A stretch of 64,000 nucleotides of DNA from positions 8,988,287 to 9,052,286 of the forward strand of contig OZ316899.1 of assembly GCA_973895155.1 (NCBI GenBank). Direction: 5' to 3'. Shown here one piece after another: positions 37,435-47,271 of the stretch. The stretch's first letter is position 1, and each line of letters begins with the position of its first letter. Source of the stretch: Marsupella aquatica. Its lineage: Eukaryota; Plantae; Marchantiophyta. Both the position numbers and the translations under genes were made by a program. The notes under the pieces are model-generated. The model ran no database searches. It saw nothing but the letters and a program-made list of their open reading frames with translations, and had not been told where the DNA came from.

Positions 37435-37816
37435 GTTGGGCCACTATTCTGAAGAGTTCGCTGTTATATTCAGCTATAGACTTGTGATCTTGCACTCGGA
37501 GGTTCACCCAGTCATGGCGTGCAACGGGCAGGAAAATTGTTCGGGTGTGGTCGAATCTGGAGTGGAGGTCATCCCAGAGTATTCTGGGATTATACTCATT
37601 CATATATTGTTGCTTAAGGGAATCACTCAGGTGGTGTCTGATAAGGATAAGGGCCTTTGCCTTATCTTGGAGGGAGGGGCCAGCATCTGTTAGGATAGTG
37701 TCTTGTAAATTCTTGGCAGCTAAGTGCGCTTTGGCATCTAGTGCCCAAGAGAGGAAGTTGGAGCCGTCGATACTTAAGGCCTGGAAATTGAGTTTCTCTA
37801 TGGTATTAGTTGCCAT
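37435..37816 (-). pseudogene. Copia gag N-terminus of the 20701-38563 element
   Basis: MATNTIEKLNFQALSIDGSNFLSW..., clearly homologous to the start of the 1520-aa polyprotein. Confidence 0.9.
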
Positions 37817-38717
37817 TTTAGATTGAATTCGGAGGTGGCTCGTATATTCGTTCCCTTTGTTTGTTGCTTAGAGTTTTATTTAATAAATCCCGGTTCGGTA
37901 TATTGGATCTTGAATTTGAATTGAGAATCGCAGAGTGATAGATGGGTTCAAGGATTCAAATCTTATGGCCGGTTCGGCCCGCGTTTATTCATGCGCCCTG
38001 TTGTTTCTTGGCTTTTTGCCATGGTTGGATCGTCCTCCTTTCCCATCCCCTGCTCAGCTATTGATGGTGTGCTTTAACGTTGGCCTCGTTTCCTCTCGCT
38101 TGATGTCCATTTTGATTGGGTCGGGTCTCGTTTCTGGTTTCTGATACTTCGATGTTGGCTTATGATCGCGCGTGCCTTATCTTGGGGGTTCCGCCTTTCC
38201 GTGTGTGATTTGGGAATGTTATTTTCCCATGGTTGGGATCCCAATTGGCGCAGTGTTCAAAGAAGGGGGGGGGGGTCAGAAATCTATCGGGGCTATGTCC
38301 TCTCCTTCAATTGTGCGTGTAGGGATTAAGATCATAAGGCGATGGCTGGGGAATCGTTTGTAAAAAAAAATCCCTCGAGTTCTCTTGTGCTGATAACGTG
38401 TTAAATACACCATAACATCAACACTTCCTCATTTCTCCAAGATATATAAGTACATGCCTGGTGGTACATCCAGGTGGTTGGTATAACTGCCTATGGGTTA
38501 ATCACCTAAGTATTAGGGGATTAACTTAGTGGTTAGGAGACTAAATTGTTTGGGGTTATAACACAGATGATAAAAAAGGTTGAGTCCAAGAGAAAATCTT
38601 TCAAGGTGAGCAAAAGATGTTGACGTGAGTGAAAGAGATAAAAACATTTTGAGATAAGCAAAATATGTTTAGGCAAGGCAAAGATGTCAAGGCAAAAGAA
38701 GACTAAAATGTCAAGGC

Positions 38718-41700
38718 TGTTGTGACATTAATTCTATCAAGATCTCAATCAATCCATCAACAACTCCAATTAAAGTATGACCAATTCATGGTCATATATA
38801 TACAATGTTAGTTAGGGTAGTTATGATCCTATTCATCTCCCTTCTACTAATTCGTACCCTTTCAGGTCTCCCTATCCACTGTGTTTGGGATAATATTTGT
38901 ATTACAACACTCCCCCTAGATTGCTAATAATGTATCATTTGGTGCAATCTAATGGGTAATAAATAGTTATCCAAATGTGGTATTTCTAATCTGATTTGCC
39001 ATCAGGTGTAACCTCATTAAAAACCCTCTGCTTTCTTCTAGGGATAAAAAGAGTGTTACCACCCACAATGATGGGCCAGAAAAATTTATAATGTATGTGT
39101 TCTCTATTTTGTAAATAGAGGTAATGGAAGTTCTCGAGTATTGAAAAATATGTGTTTCAGGCTTTGTGCTTTCCTGCTTGTGGTGTATTATGGTTTAGGT
39201 CATGTTGGTTGGTGAGTCGACTTATTGTGGGTACTGTAGTCAAGGTTTCAGGATTGAGAGTCGACGCATGCCGATGCCCTCGCAGTGTTCATTGTGCAGG
39301 ATTCTAGGTAATGGTTTCGTGAAAAGGTCAGCTCTATTTTCTTTGGAAGGGATCCAGACTATGTTGATGTGATCCCCGTGTTGTTCTGCGGTGTAGAAAA
39401 ATTTCGGTGCTATATGTTTAATTCTGTCTCCTTTTATGAAGCCCTTGGTGATTTGATTGACGCAGGGTCGGTTGTCTTCAAAGATCGTTGTTGGAGCTGT
39501 CAGGTTAGGTCTTCCGGCAGAGGTATGGATGTGGTTGACTAGTTGTCGAAGCCAAACACATTCTCTACACGCTTCGTAAAGTGCGATCACTTCAGCATGG
39601 TTCGATGAGGTAGTGGTGAGTGTCTGCTTGGTGCTTTTCCACGATACTGCAGTCCCGCCTTGAAGGAACACATATCCCGTCTGGGATTTAGAATCGTCAG
39701 GGTCGGATAGATAACCTGCATCGGCATAGCCCACGAGTTCGTTAGGAATCGTATTAGCATAGTATAGTCCCATATCTATTGTGCCTTGCAGGTACCTGAG
39801 GACTCGCTTGATGCCGTTCCAGTGGCGGATTGTGGGTTGGGAGCTATGTCTTGCAAGTAAGTTCACTGCGAACGCTATGTCGGGTCTGGTCTGGTTTGCA
39901 AGGTACATCAATGCTCCAATGGCGGAGAGGTAAGGTTTTTCTGGGCCGAGAAGTAGCTCTGAGTCTGTTCTCTTATGAAATATATCCTTTGTAGGGTCTA
40001 ATGATCGAAGGTCCATCGGTGTAGTAACCGGATATGACTTGTCCATATTGAACTGCGCTAATACCTTGCGTGTGTAAGTAGACTGGTGGATAAAGATGCC
40101 TTCCGGTAATGTCTCGATCTGTATACCAAGGCAGTAATTTGGTGTGCCTATGTCTTTCATTTCGAATGCTGCTTTTAGAGTTGCTATCGTGGTGGCAGTG
40201 AGTTCAGGTGTACCAAAAATACTTATGTCGTCGACGTAGATCGCGATAATGATGAACTCATCTCCCATATGCTTGATAAATAAGCATGGAGCTATCTCGT
40301 GATTCACGAACCCAAGAGCGAGCATTTCTGCCTTAAATCTTTGATACCAAATCCTCTCGCTCTGTTTAAGGCCATAAAGAGAGCGGAGGACCTGTACAGC
40401 AATCTTGTTCTTGGATTTCTCTTTGCTGACAGTCTTGTTCACAGGTATCTTAACCTTGGTGGGACAAGATGGTATAGCATCAAGCTCTGTCTGTTTCTCG
40501 AAAACAGTGGGGGTTGATCTGTGGTTGATCAAGTTCGTCTGCATTTTTGTAGGTACAATCTGGTCTACGCCAGACTTTAGATCTGGGGATAATGGGAGAA
40601 GTTTCTCCCCCTGAATATGGAATTTAACTCTGTTAATGAGTTCAGGCGGGGCCTGCATATAGATCTCTGTGTCTAAAACTCCATAGAGATATGCTGTGAC
40701 GACGTCCATCAGGTGCAGCTTAAGTTTATGAATCAGTGAGAAAGCAATCAGGTACCTGTATGTGATGGCGTCCATAACCGGGGCATAGGTGAGGTCATAG
40801 TCCTTTCCCCAAATTTGTGTGTATCCCTTTGCAACCAATCGTGCCTTGTGTCTAATGACTTCACCTTTTGCGTTACGCTTTCTTACCAATGTAATTCTAT
40901 ATCCTGTCAGGTTCATGTCGGGTGGAGCTGGACAGAGTTTGCCAAACACCTGACGGGAGATAAGTGAGTCGAGTTCTGAATTTATGGCTTTTTCCCATAG
41001 GGGCCAATCGTCTCGTTTTCGTGCTTCACTGACTGTGTGTGGCTCGGTTGGATCGGAGGAAATTGTCTCTGATATGAGAAATGAAAAGTTCTCATTAATC
41101 GCGGTGTCTTGGCGGATCCAGACGTTCCCTGTGTGTGCATAGTTCAGGGAAATTTCTTCATTGTCGGCACATGGTTCCGGTATAGTTGAGAGTAAGGTAG
41201 TAGTTGGGCGTTTGTTCCTTAGTGTCCGATCCGTGGAACCTGGTGGGCGTCCTCTTTTTGCTTTGGGTGCTGCTGCAGTTGCTGGCCGTTCGTTGATGGA
41301 GATCCGGGCAGGGGTATTTGCTGCCTCTATGTGGGATTTGGTTACATTTGCAGCGTCATTGAAGGCGTCGGGTAATTTCTCCATCATTTGATGCAGGTGT
41401 AATATGCGTTTTACTTCATCATTGGCTAATTTGGTCCTGGGGTCATTCCAAAACTGGTCCGTAGTTTGCCACTTTAGTTGGGTAGGCTCGAGTATGTCTT
41501 GTATGTCGGTGGTGCTCAATGTAGGGAATATCTCCTCGCGGAATTGACAGTCATTGTATCTTGCTCGGAATATGTCCGCAGTCGTTGGTTCTAGATATCT
41601 TATTATCGAGGGGGAATCAAATCCAACATATATACCGTTCTGGCGCTGTGGTCCCATCTTCGTCCTCTTGGGGCCTAGTATAGGAACCATTACTAAGCAT

Positions 41701-44148
41701 CCGAATGTCTTAAGGTGTGATACATCTGGGATGGTTCCGTATGCCATGTGGTATGGTGAATATGAATTAAATGCTGACGGTCTGAATTTCAGTAGTTCCG
41801 CTCCATGCAGGACGGCGTGTCCCCAAGCTGTAATGGGAAGTTTTGTCTGCATAAGCATTGGTCTCGAGATCATTTGTATGCTTTTAATGAATGATTCTGC
41901 CGTGCCGTTCTGAAAGTGGACGTAAGCCACTGAGTATTGGACTATTATACCTAGTGTAGTGCAGATATCGTCGAAGGCCGGGGATGTAAACTTGCCGGCG
42001 TTATCTATCCGGATTGTGCGAATGGGTGAGTTCGGGAATTGCGCTCTCAGCCTGAGGATCTGAGTAAGTAGGCGCGCCAGGACCAAGTTACGGGTTGAGA
42101 TAAGTGATACTTGGGACCATTTTGTTGAGGAGCAGATCATCACTAAAAAGAATCGAAAGGGTCCACTTGGGGGGTCGATGGGGCCACATACGTCAATGTT
42201 CAGTTGTTCGAGGAACGCGGGGATCCTGTGTACTGTCTTCGAGGCTGATGGTCTGATCTGGAGTTTTCCTTGTGCGCATGCTGGGCAGATTTCCTTCATA
42301 GATGTGGGCTTTACCGTATGGGGTATTCCGCGGGTGTCCTTGAGAATTCGATGGTACATTGAGGTGCCTGGGTGGCCCAGGCGACGGTGCCACAGCTCAG
42401 TAATTGTGGGTGTCTCTGCTTCCACCTTGTATGTGTGTATCGGGGTGGCATACAGTCCTGGTGGGTGGTATGGTAATGATTCATGTATAATTGGGTCTTC
42501 GCCAGTTTCTGTCAGTATCTGTAGTGAGTTATTATTTGGGCCTAAAGTTGAGCGAATCTGGTAGCCATTTTCGTGGACGTCTTGAAAACTCAATAGGTTC
42601 CTGGTCGCGTTGGGTGCGTATATTGCAGAATGTATGTTGATCAGTGTTTTGTTTGGGAGTAGAATTCTTGCAGGGCCGTGGCCTTCCTCTAAGTTGTTGG
42701 TTCCCGTTATGGTCGTCACTAGCCGATTCGATGGTGATATCTTTTGGAAGTAACGTTTGTCTCTTAATATAGTATGTGATGTGCCACTGTCCAGGATACA
42801 TATGTTGTCGTCAGAGAGGGAGGGGGCCAATTTCTCATCTGTGGCGAGATGTATCTCTGGGGGTGGCTCAGAGTTCACATACTTGCTGAGGTCTGCATCG
42901 ATTTCTAGGTAGTTTGCTACCGTCATTGTTTGCGCTGTGGGCAAGCTTGCCTGATATAATTTGACTAAGTGTGGTTGGGCTCGGCAGTCGCGCTTGATAT
43001 GTCCGGGGCCGCCGCATCGAAAGCATTGGATGGGTGGTTTCTGGGGGTCTCGTTGCCAAGAGGTCTTCCTTCGTGGAGATTGTGTCATCGGGGGTTTGTT
43101 ATATCGTCCTCTCTGGAATCTGGTCTTCGTATATTGTGGGTATTGTTTGGCGTGGTGTCCCTGGGATCGTCCCTTGCCTTTGAATGTGTCGGCCGCTTTT
43201 GTGGAGTTATATTGTATTTCCAGTTTCGGGATAGTTCCTGGTGGTCTCGTTTTAGAGTTTTGCATCAAGAGTAGGTCGTTCTTCTCTGCCAGGAGCATTA
43301 CGGCAATGAGGTCTGAGTATTCGGTGAAGTGCATCTGTCGATACTGTTGGGCTAATGTCATGTTTGCTGCAGGGAAGGTCAACAGCGTCTTCTCTATCTG
43401 GTCGGCTTCCGAGATTTGTTGTCCGCATACCTTCAATTGGGAGGTGATCCGGAATAGTGCGCTGTTGTAGCTTGCTATTGTTGGGTGATCGAGGACTCGG
43501 AGGTGTATCCAATTGTTTCGTGCTGCCGGTAGGGAAATCAGTCGGAGGTGGTCGTATCTCCGCTTGAGTGCATCCCATAGCGCCCTCGGATTGTATTCGT
43601 CGAGATATTGGGCCTGTAAGTCTTGGTCTAGGTGATGTCTAAGGATGAATATGGCTTGAGCCTTGGTCTGTAGGTTTCCATGGTGATCTGCAATTATTAT
43701 GTCCCCGAGTCCCTTCGCATTGAGGACGATCTCGGCGTTTTGTGACCAGGATAGGAAATTTGATCCATCGATCTTCAATACTGGGAATTGTAATTTCTCC
43801 ATGTATAATAAAGTGGCTCGGGGGATTCAGAAGAAATTGTCTGTCTTCCCGATTGTTTGTCTTTCAGAGGATAGGTGTGTATTGAAATTATCAGAGTTCA
43901 ACGCGTCTGGTCTCTTTTAGCTCGAGAAAAATCTGAGGCATCAGGTGCTGATAACGTGTTGTGACATTAATTCTATCAAGATCTCAATCAATCCATCAAC
44001 AACTCCAATTAAAGTATGACCAATTCATGGTCATATATATACAATGTTAGTTAGGGTAGTTATGATCCTATTCATCTCCCTTCTACTAATTCATACCCTT
44101 TCAGGTCTCCCTATCCACTATGTTTGGGATAATATTTGTATTACAACA
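38718..44148 (-). mobile_element. Full-length young Ty1/copia retrotransposon (Bianca-like)
   Basis: 192-bp LTRs 38718-38909 and 43957-44148 with two differences seen; AAGGC TSD; PBS CGTTATCAGCAC; PPT AGGGGGAG. Confidence 0.97.
39240..43802 (-). CDS. Copia Gag-Pol polyprotein, 1520 aa
   Basis: CFRCGGPGHIKRDC, ILDSGTSH, WHRRLGH/CPAC, integrase D,D,E, YVDD, GYADA...FEDN...IKHIAPKFF...ADLFTK. Confidence 0.97.
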   Translation of the reverse strand: MEKLQFPVLKIDGSNFLSWSQNAEIVLNAKGLGDIIIADHHGNLQTKAQAIFILRHHLDQDLQAQYLDEYNPRALWDALKRRYDHLRLISLPAARNNWIHLRVLDHPTIASYNSALFRITSQLKVCGQQISEADQIEKTLLTFPAANMTLAQQYRQMHFTEYSDLIAVMLLAEKNDLLLMQNSKTRPPGTIPKLEIQYNSTKAADTFKGKGRSQGHHAKQYPQYTKTRFQRGRYNKPPMTQSPRRKTSWQRDPQKPPIQCFRCGGPGHIKRDCRAQPHLVKLYQASLPTAQTMTVANYLEIDADLSKYVNSEPPPEIHLATDEKLAPSLSDDNICILDSGTSHTILRDKRYFQKISPSNRLVTTITGTNNLEEGHGPARILLPNKTLINIHSAIYAPNATRNLLSFQDVHENGYQIRSTLGPNNNSLQILTETGEDPIIHESLPYHPPGLYATPIHTYKVEAETPTITELWHRRLGHPGTSMYHRILKDTRGIPHTVKPTSMKEICPACAQGKLQIRPSASKTVHRIPAFLEQLNIDVCGPIDPPSGPFRFFLVMICSSTKWSQVSLISTRNLVLARLLTQILRLRAQFPNSPIRTIRIDNAGKFTSPAFDDICTTLGIIVQYSVAYVHFQNGTAESFIKSIQMISRPMLMQTKLPITAWGHAVLHGAELLKFRPSAFNSYSPYHMAYGTIPDVSHLKTFGCLVMVPILGPKRTKMGPQRQNGIYVGFDSPSIIRYLEPTTADIFRARYNDCQFREEIFPTLSTTDIQDILEPTQLKWQTTDQFWNDPRTKLANDEVKRILHLHQMMEKLPDAFNDAANVTKSHIEAANTPARISINERPATAAAPKAKRGRPPGSTDRTLRNKRPTTTLLSTIPEPCADNEEISLNYAHTGNVWIRQDTAINENFSFLISETISSDPTEPHTVSEARKRDDWPLWEKAINSELDSLISRQVFGKLCPAPPDMNLTGYRITLVRKRNAKGEVIRHKARLVAKGYTQIWGKDYDLTYAPVMDAITYRYLIAFSLIHKLKLHLMDVVTAYLYGVLDTEIYMQAPPELINRVKFHIQGEKLLPLSPDLKSGVDQIVPTKMQTNLINHRSTPTVFEKQTELDAIPSCPTKVKIPVNKTVSKEKSKNKIAVQVLRSLYGLKQSERIWYQRFKAEMLALGFVNHEIAPCLFIKHMGDEFIIIAIYVDDISIFGTPELTATTIATLKAAFEMKDIGTPNYCLGIQIETLPEGIFIHQSTYTRKVLAQFNMDKSYPVTTPMDLRSLDPTKDIFHKRTDSELLLGPEKPYLSAIGALMYLANQTRPDIAFAVNLLARHSSQPTIRHWNGIKRVLRYLQGTIDMGLYYANTIPNELVGYADAGYLSDPDDSKSQTGYVFLQGGTAVSWKSTKQTLTTTSSNHAEVIALYEACRECVWLRQLVNHIHTSAGRPNLTAPTTIFEDNRPCVNQITKGFIKGDRIKHIAPKFFYTAEQHGDHINIVWIPSKENRADLFTKPLPRILHNEHCEGIGMRRLSILKP

Positions 44149-47100
44149 AAGGCATGTTTAAATGTACATTGCATTGAGGCAAAGATTTGGGGTGGCGTGA
44201 ACATTTTGACTCGAGGCAAAGAAATGCAAACAGATGCAAGTGAGCCAAAGAAATGTAGATAATGCAAATTAATGTAAGCAAGGCAAGAAAGTTGTTTAGA
44301 CATCTCATATGTTGTTGCGGCCATCTTGTCATTATGACGATGCAGTCACTCTGGCCATGAGGGTGTTGTGGCTATGCTAGTCTTGCGGCCATGTTGTTGC
44401 CAAGCCCGATGCCAATGCATTTTTGCATAGATACATTGAGGTAAGGTAAAGAACTGTTGATTAAAAGCCGGGGTTTTTAGGTGGATCACACTAAAATATT
44501 GGATTTTCCATAATTCTTTCTTGCCCATTTCATGTGAAAAGTGTTGTCAATACGGAGACCTTGTTCAAAATAGCACATGAAATTATGTAATCAAGTAATG
44601 TAATTCAAGTTAACACAAAAATATGGGATAAGGCGCAAATGGGTAATGAGAGTACATGGGCAAGAGTTGGGCAAGAAATCCTTATTGTTAATGATACAAA
44701 AGATGGAACAAAAGACCGGAAAAAATATGCAAATGGGAGCAAAGAGCTGGTCTCCAGACTTGGGAAAGAATTAGGGCAAAAGCGAGGGGGCATGTCAAGC
44801 AATACATTTCTCGTGTAGAAAAGATGTTGGGAGCTTGATCTTCTTGGTCTTCATTAAAGATGCATTTTTTGAAAAGATTTTCAAATAGAATGTTGGAGGT
44901 ATAGATGGAATAACAAATTTGGGACCCATTTTCTATAAAACAAAAAACAAAAAACAAAAGTATAATCAAAACATGTAAAAAACAGTTGACTTTGCTTTTG
45001 CATTTTTATTTTATTTTGGAAGTAGATGTTGTTTTGTTGTGAAAACTATATTGTTGGGAGAGCAAGGATGTGGGAGGGTGAGAGCTAGTGCAAGAGAGAT
45101 GATGGCCCCAGGTGCTTTGATACTATTGGGAGGGGAATATTTTATTTTTTTCTCTCCCCCTTTTTCCTATTTTTACACTCCTATGCAACACCTGTACTCC
45201 CTTCTTTCTTACATTGGCACCATTAAATAAACAGAAAAAATATACAACTAAATACAGAGAAGAAAAAGAAAGAGAAAATTAACCCATTTCCCTTCCTTCT
45301 AGAGTCTCATAGGCTCTGTAAAAATCCAAAATTTCTCATGCCCCAAAAGATTCTCCCATCATTCGTGTGTTCTTTCATACTTGAAAAAAACCACATTTAA
45401 GATGATGTCACATAAATATACTCTCATATACTATGTCAGATCAGTATCATCTACTATACTTTGTATTTTATTATTAAAATGAGCATATCATTTGACATAC
45501 CTGGTCAATCAATCCAAGGGTACAAAAAAATAATTGAAAAAATCTGACGGCTCGGGTTTGTTCCCTCCATTTCTGAATTTGTAAGCGGACGAAAGAGCTT
45601 ATTGGCGGCATTGCATACTATAGAAGTAGATGAGAAAGAGTGTGACAACAATGCCAGCACCATGGGCAAACAATGAAAAAGTGACAGGGCCGGGCAACGT
45701 ACTCCGCCTAACACCCTGCACTTAGGCCACCAACCAGCACTTGGAGCAGCGGCCTGCACTTTGACGGTTAATCCTACACTTGGACAGTTAAAACATGTAT
45801 ACTTTCACTAGGAAACTTTGATCAGTCTAGGGAGGGGATAAATGCTTTCATTTGATATTGAAGCTCAATTTTTGTAGCAGAAATACTGGCTATGCGTCGA
45901 TTGGAATGATGTCAGAACATGCCTTATTCACCTTGCTGAAACTCAGCAGGTCAAAGCGACTATTGCAATGAAGGACACTATGTACATAGACACAATTAAT
46001 ACAGGAATACTTCAATCAATACTGGAATCAAGGTTGCACAACTTACCAGGAAAAAGGGGCAGCTGGAGCAGGAGCTCTGCAACAAAGGCACCACCACAAA
46101 CAATGCTAAAAGATTGCAACCCCCCGTAGCTGAAGGTAAACACTGTGAACTTTTGAAAATAGACAAGGCTTGAGGAATTCATCCAATGTCCCACTTCAAG
46201 GCAAGACAAACTATTCATCCATCATAGCAGTGCTCCACAAGAAAGAAACCAAGGGAAATTTGGTGACCTTGGCCAATGACAAGGCCAATGTAGTGATTGA
46301 GCCTGCATAGATAGGATTCCATGTTGGAGTAGCCTGAGGTGTATTACTCCTCGACCAATCAAGATATGGATTGGAATTACAATTAGTTAGCTCTTCTTTG
46401 TCAGAATCATACTTGTGCTCTGCAATCCAAGATGAGTGACAACAATCCAACAAAAATTGAGAAACAAAAAACCTAGTATGTACTCATTGGAACCTTTCAG
46501 AAGTCAGAGGTGGGATGCTAGGATGAGCAAATTCTGTACTAGCGGATGCAGCTGGAGGCAAAGAAGGGTTTACTAACTCTGGGGGAAATGAGCATGACCA
46601 GGTGCCAGGCAAGACCAGCGAATTCTCTGAGAAATAGAAGTGCATAGGGAAAATGAAATTGGCTCATTGAGCTATGCAAGACCGACCACTGCAGCATACT
46701 TGGACAGTTGTTTTGCAATGCATAAAATACCCTGACTTACATGCAATGTGTACGCAACTTCTCTTGGCTGTCCCGCAGCTCACGGCAGTGGCATTGGGAC
46801 AAGGTAAGTGAATATTGCCATAGTTGAAGCACGCTGAGCTTGCAAGAAGTAAAGGAGCTTGGTAGCGGTAGCAACAACAACTTACACACTCACATTCTTT
46901 GAACAAATAGAAACTCAACACAGAATGCGTCAAATTTCAAATCTTTGTAAACACAAATTCCCCTAAATTCACACTCAGAGATGCCAAGAAAATTCTCTTC
47001 TTTCCACTGCAAAAGCTTTGAGAGCAGGAAGAAGGTGGGGAAGACAAGAAGATTGGTGGAGAGTGTCTGAAAGCTGCAACCTCCATAGCAAATGAGTAGG

Positions 47101-47271
47101 AAACCTGATTCTCTTATACATTTGCAAGCTATGAAAACATTATGACAGCAAGTCTACAATACCCTTACTGCAAGCTCCATGGCAAATCAGCAGCAAAAGC
47201 AAACTGACAAAACCTAGATTGGTTTGACAAAATGAAGCAGAAGCAAAACAGGAGAGAGCACAACAGAGATT

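Larger units (their letters stand above)
20701..38563 (-). mobile_element. Ty1/copia retrotransposon (Bianca-like), decayed, gag split by two DNA transposons
   Basis: LTRs 20701-20884 and 38399-38563; CAGAT TSD; PBS CGTTATCAGCAC; PPT AGGGGGAG. Confidence 0.95.
19740..44905 (-). mobile_element. Helitron remnant hosting both copia elements
   Basis: Minus-strand 3' end CGTGCAACGCAC hairpin ...CTAG followed by T at 19740; PIF1 helicase fragment; the same minisatellite flanks both copia insertions. The 5' end is uncertain (A|TCTATAC at 44905 or A|TCTACT at 45026). Confidence 0.7.

Noticed and set aside
46664-46933. Cys-rich 89-aa ORF as a metallothionein- or defensin-like peptide
   Set aside because: No ATG start, TG-rich intron-like sequence, and the frame is not evidently kept in the paralogous copy near 50.5 kb.
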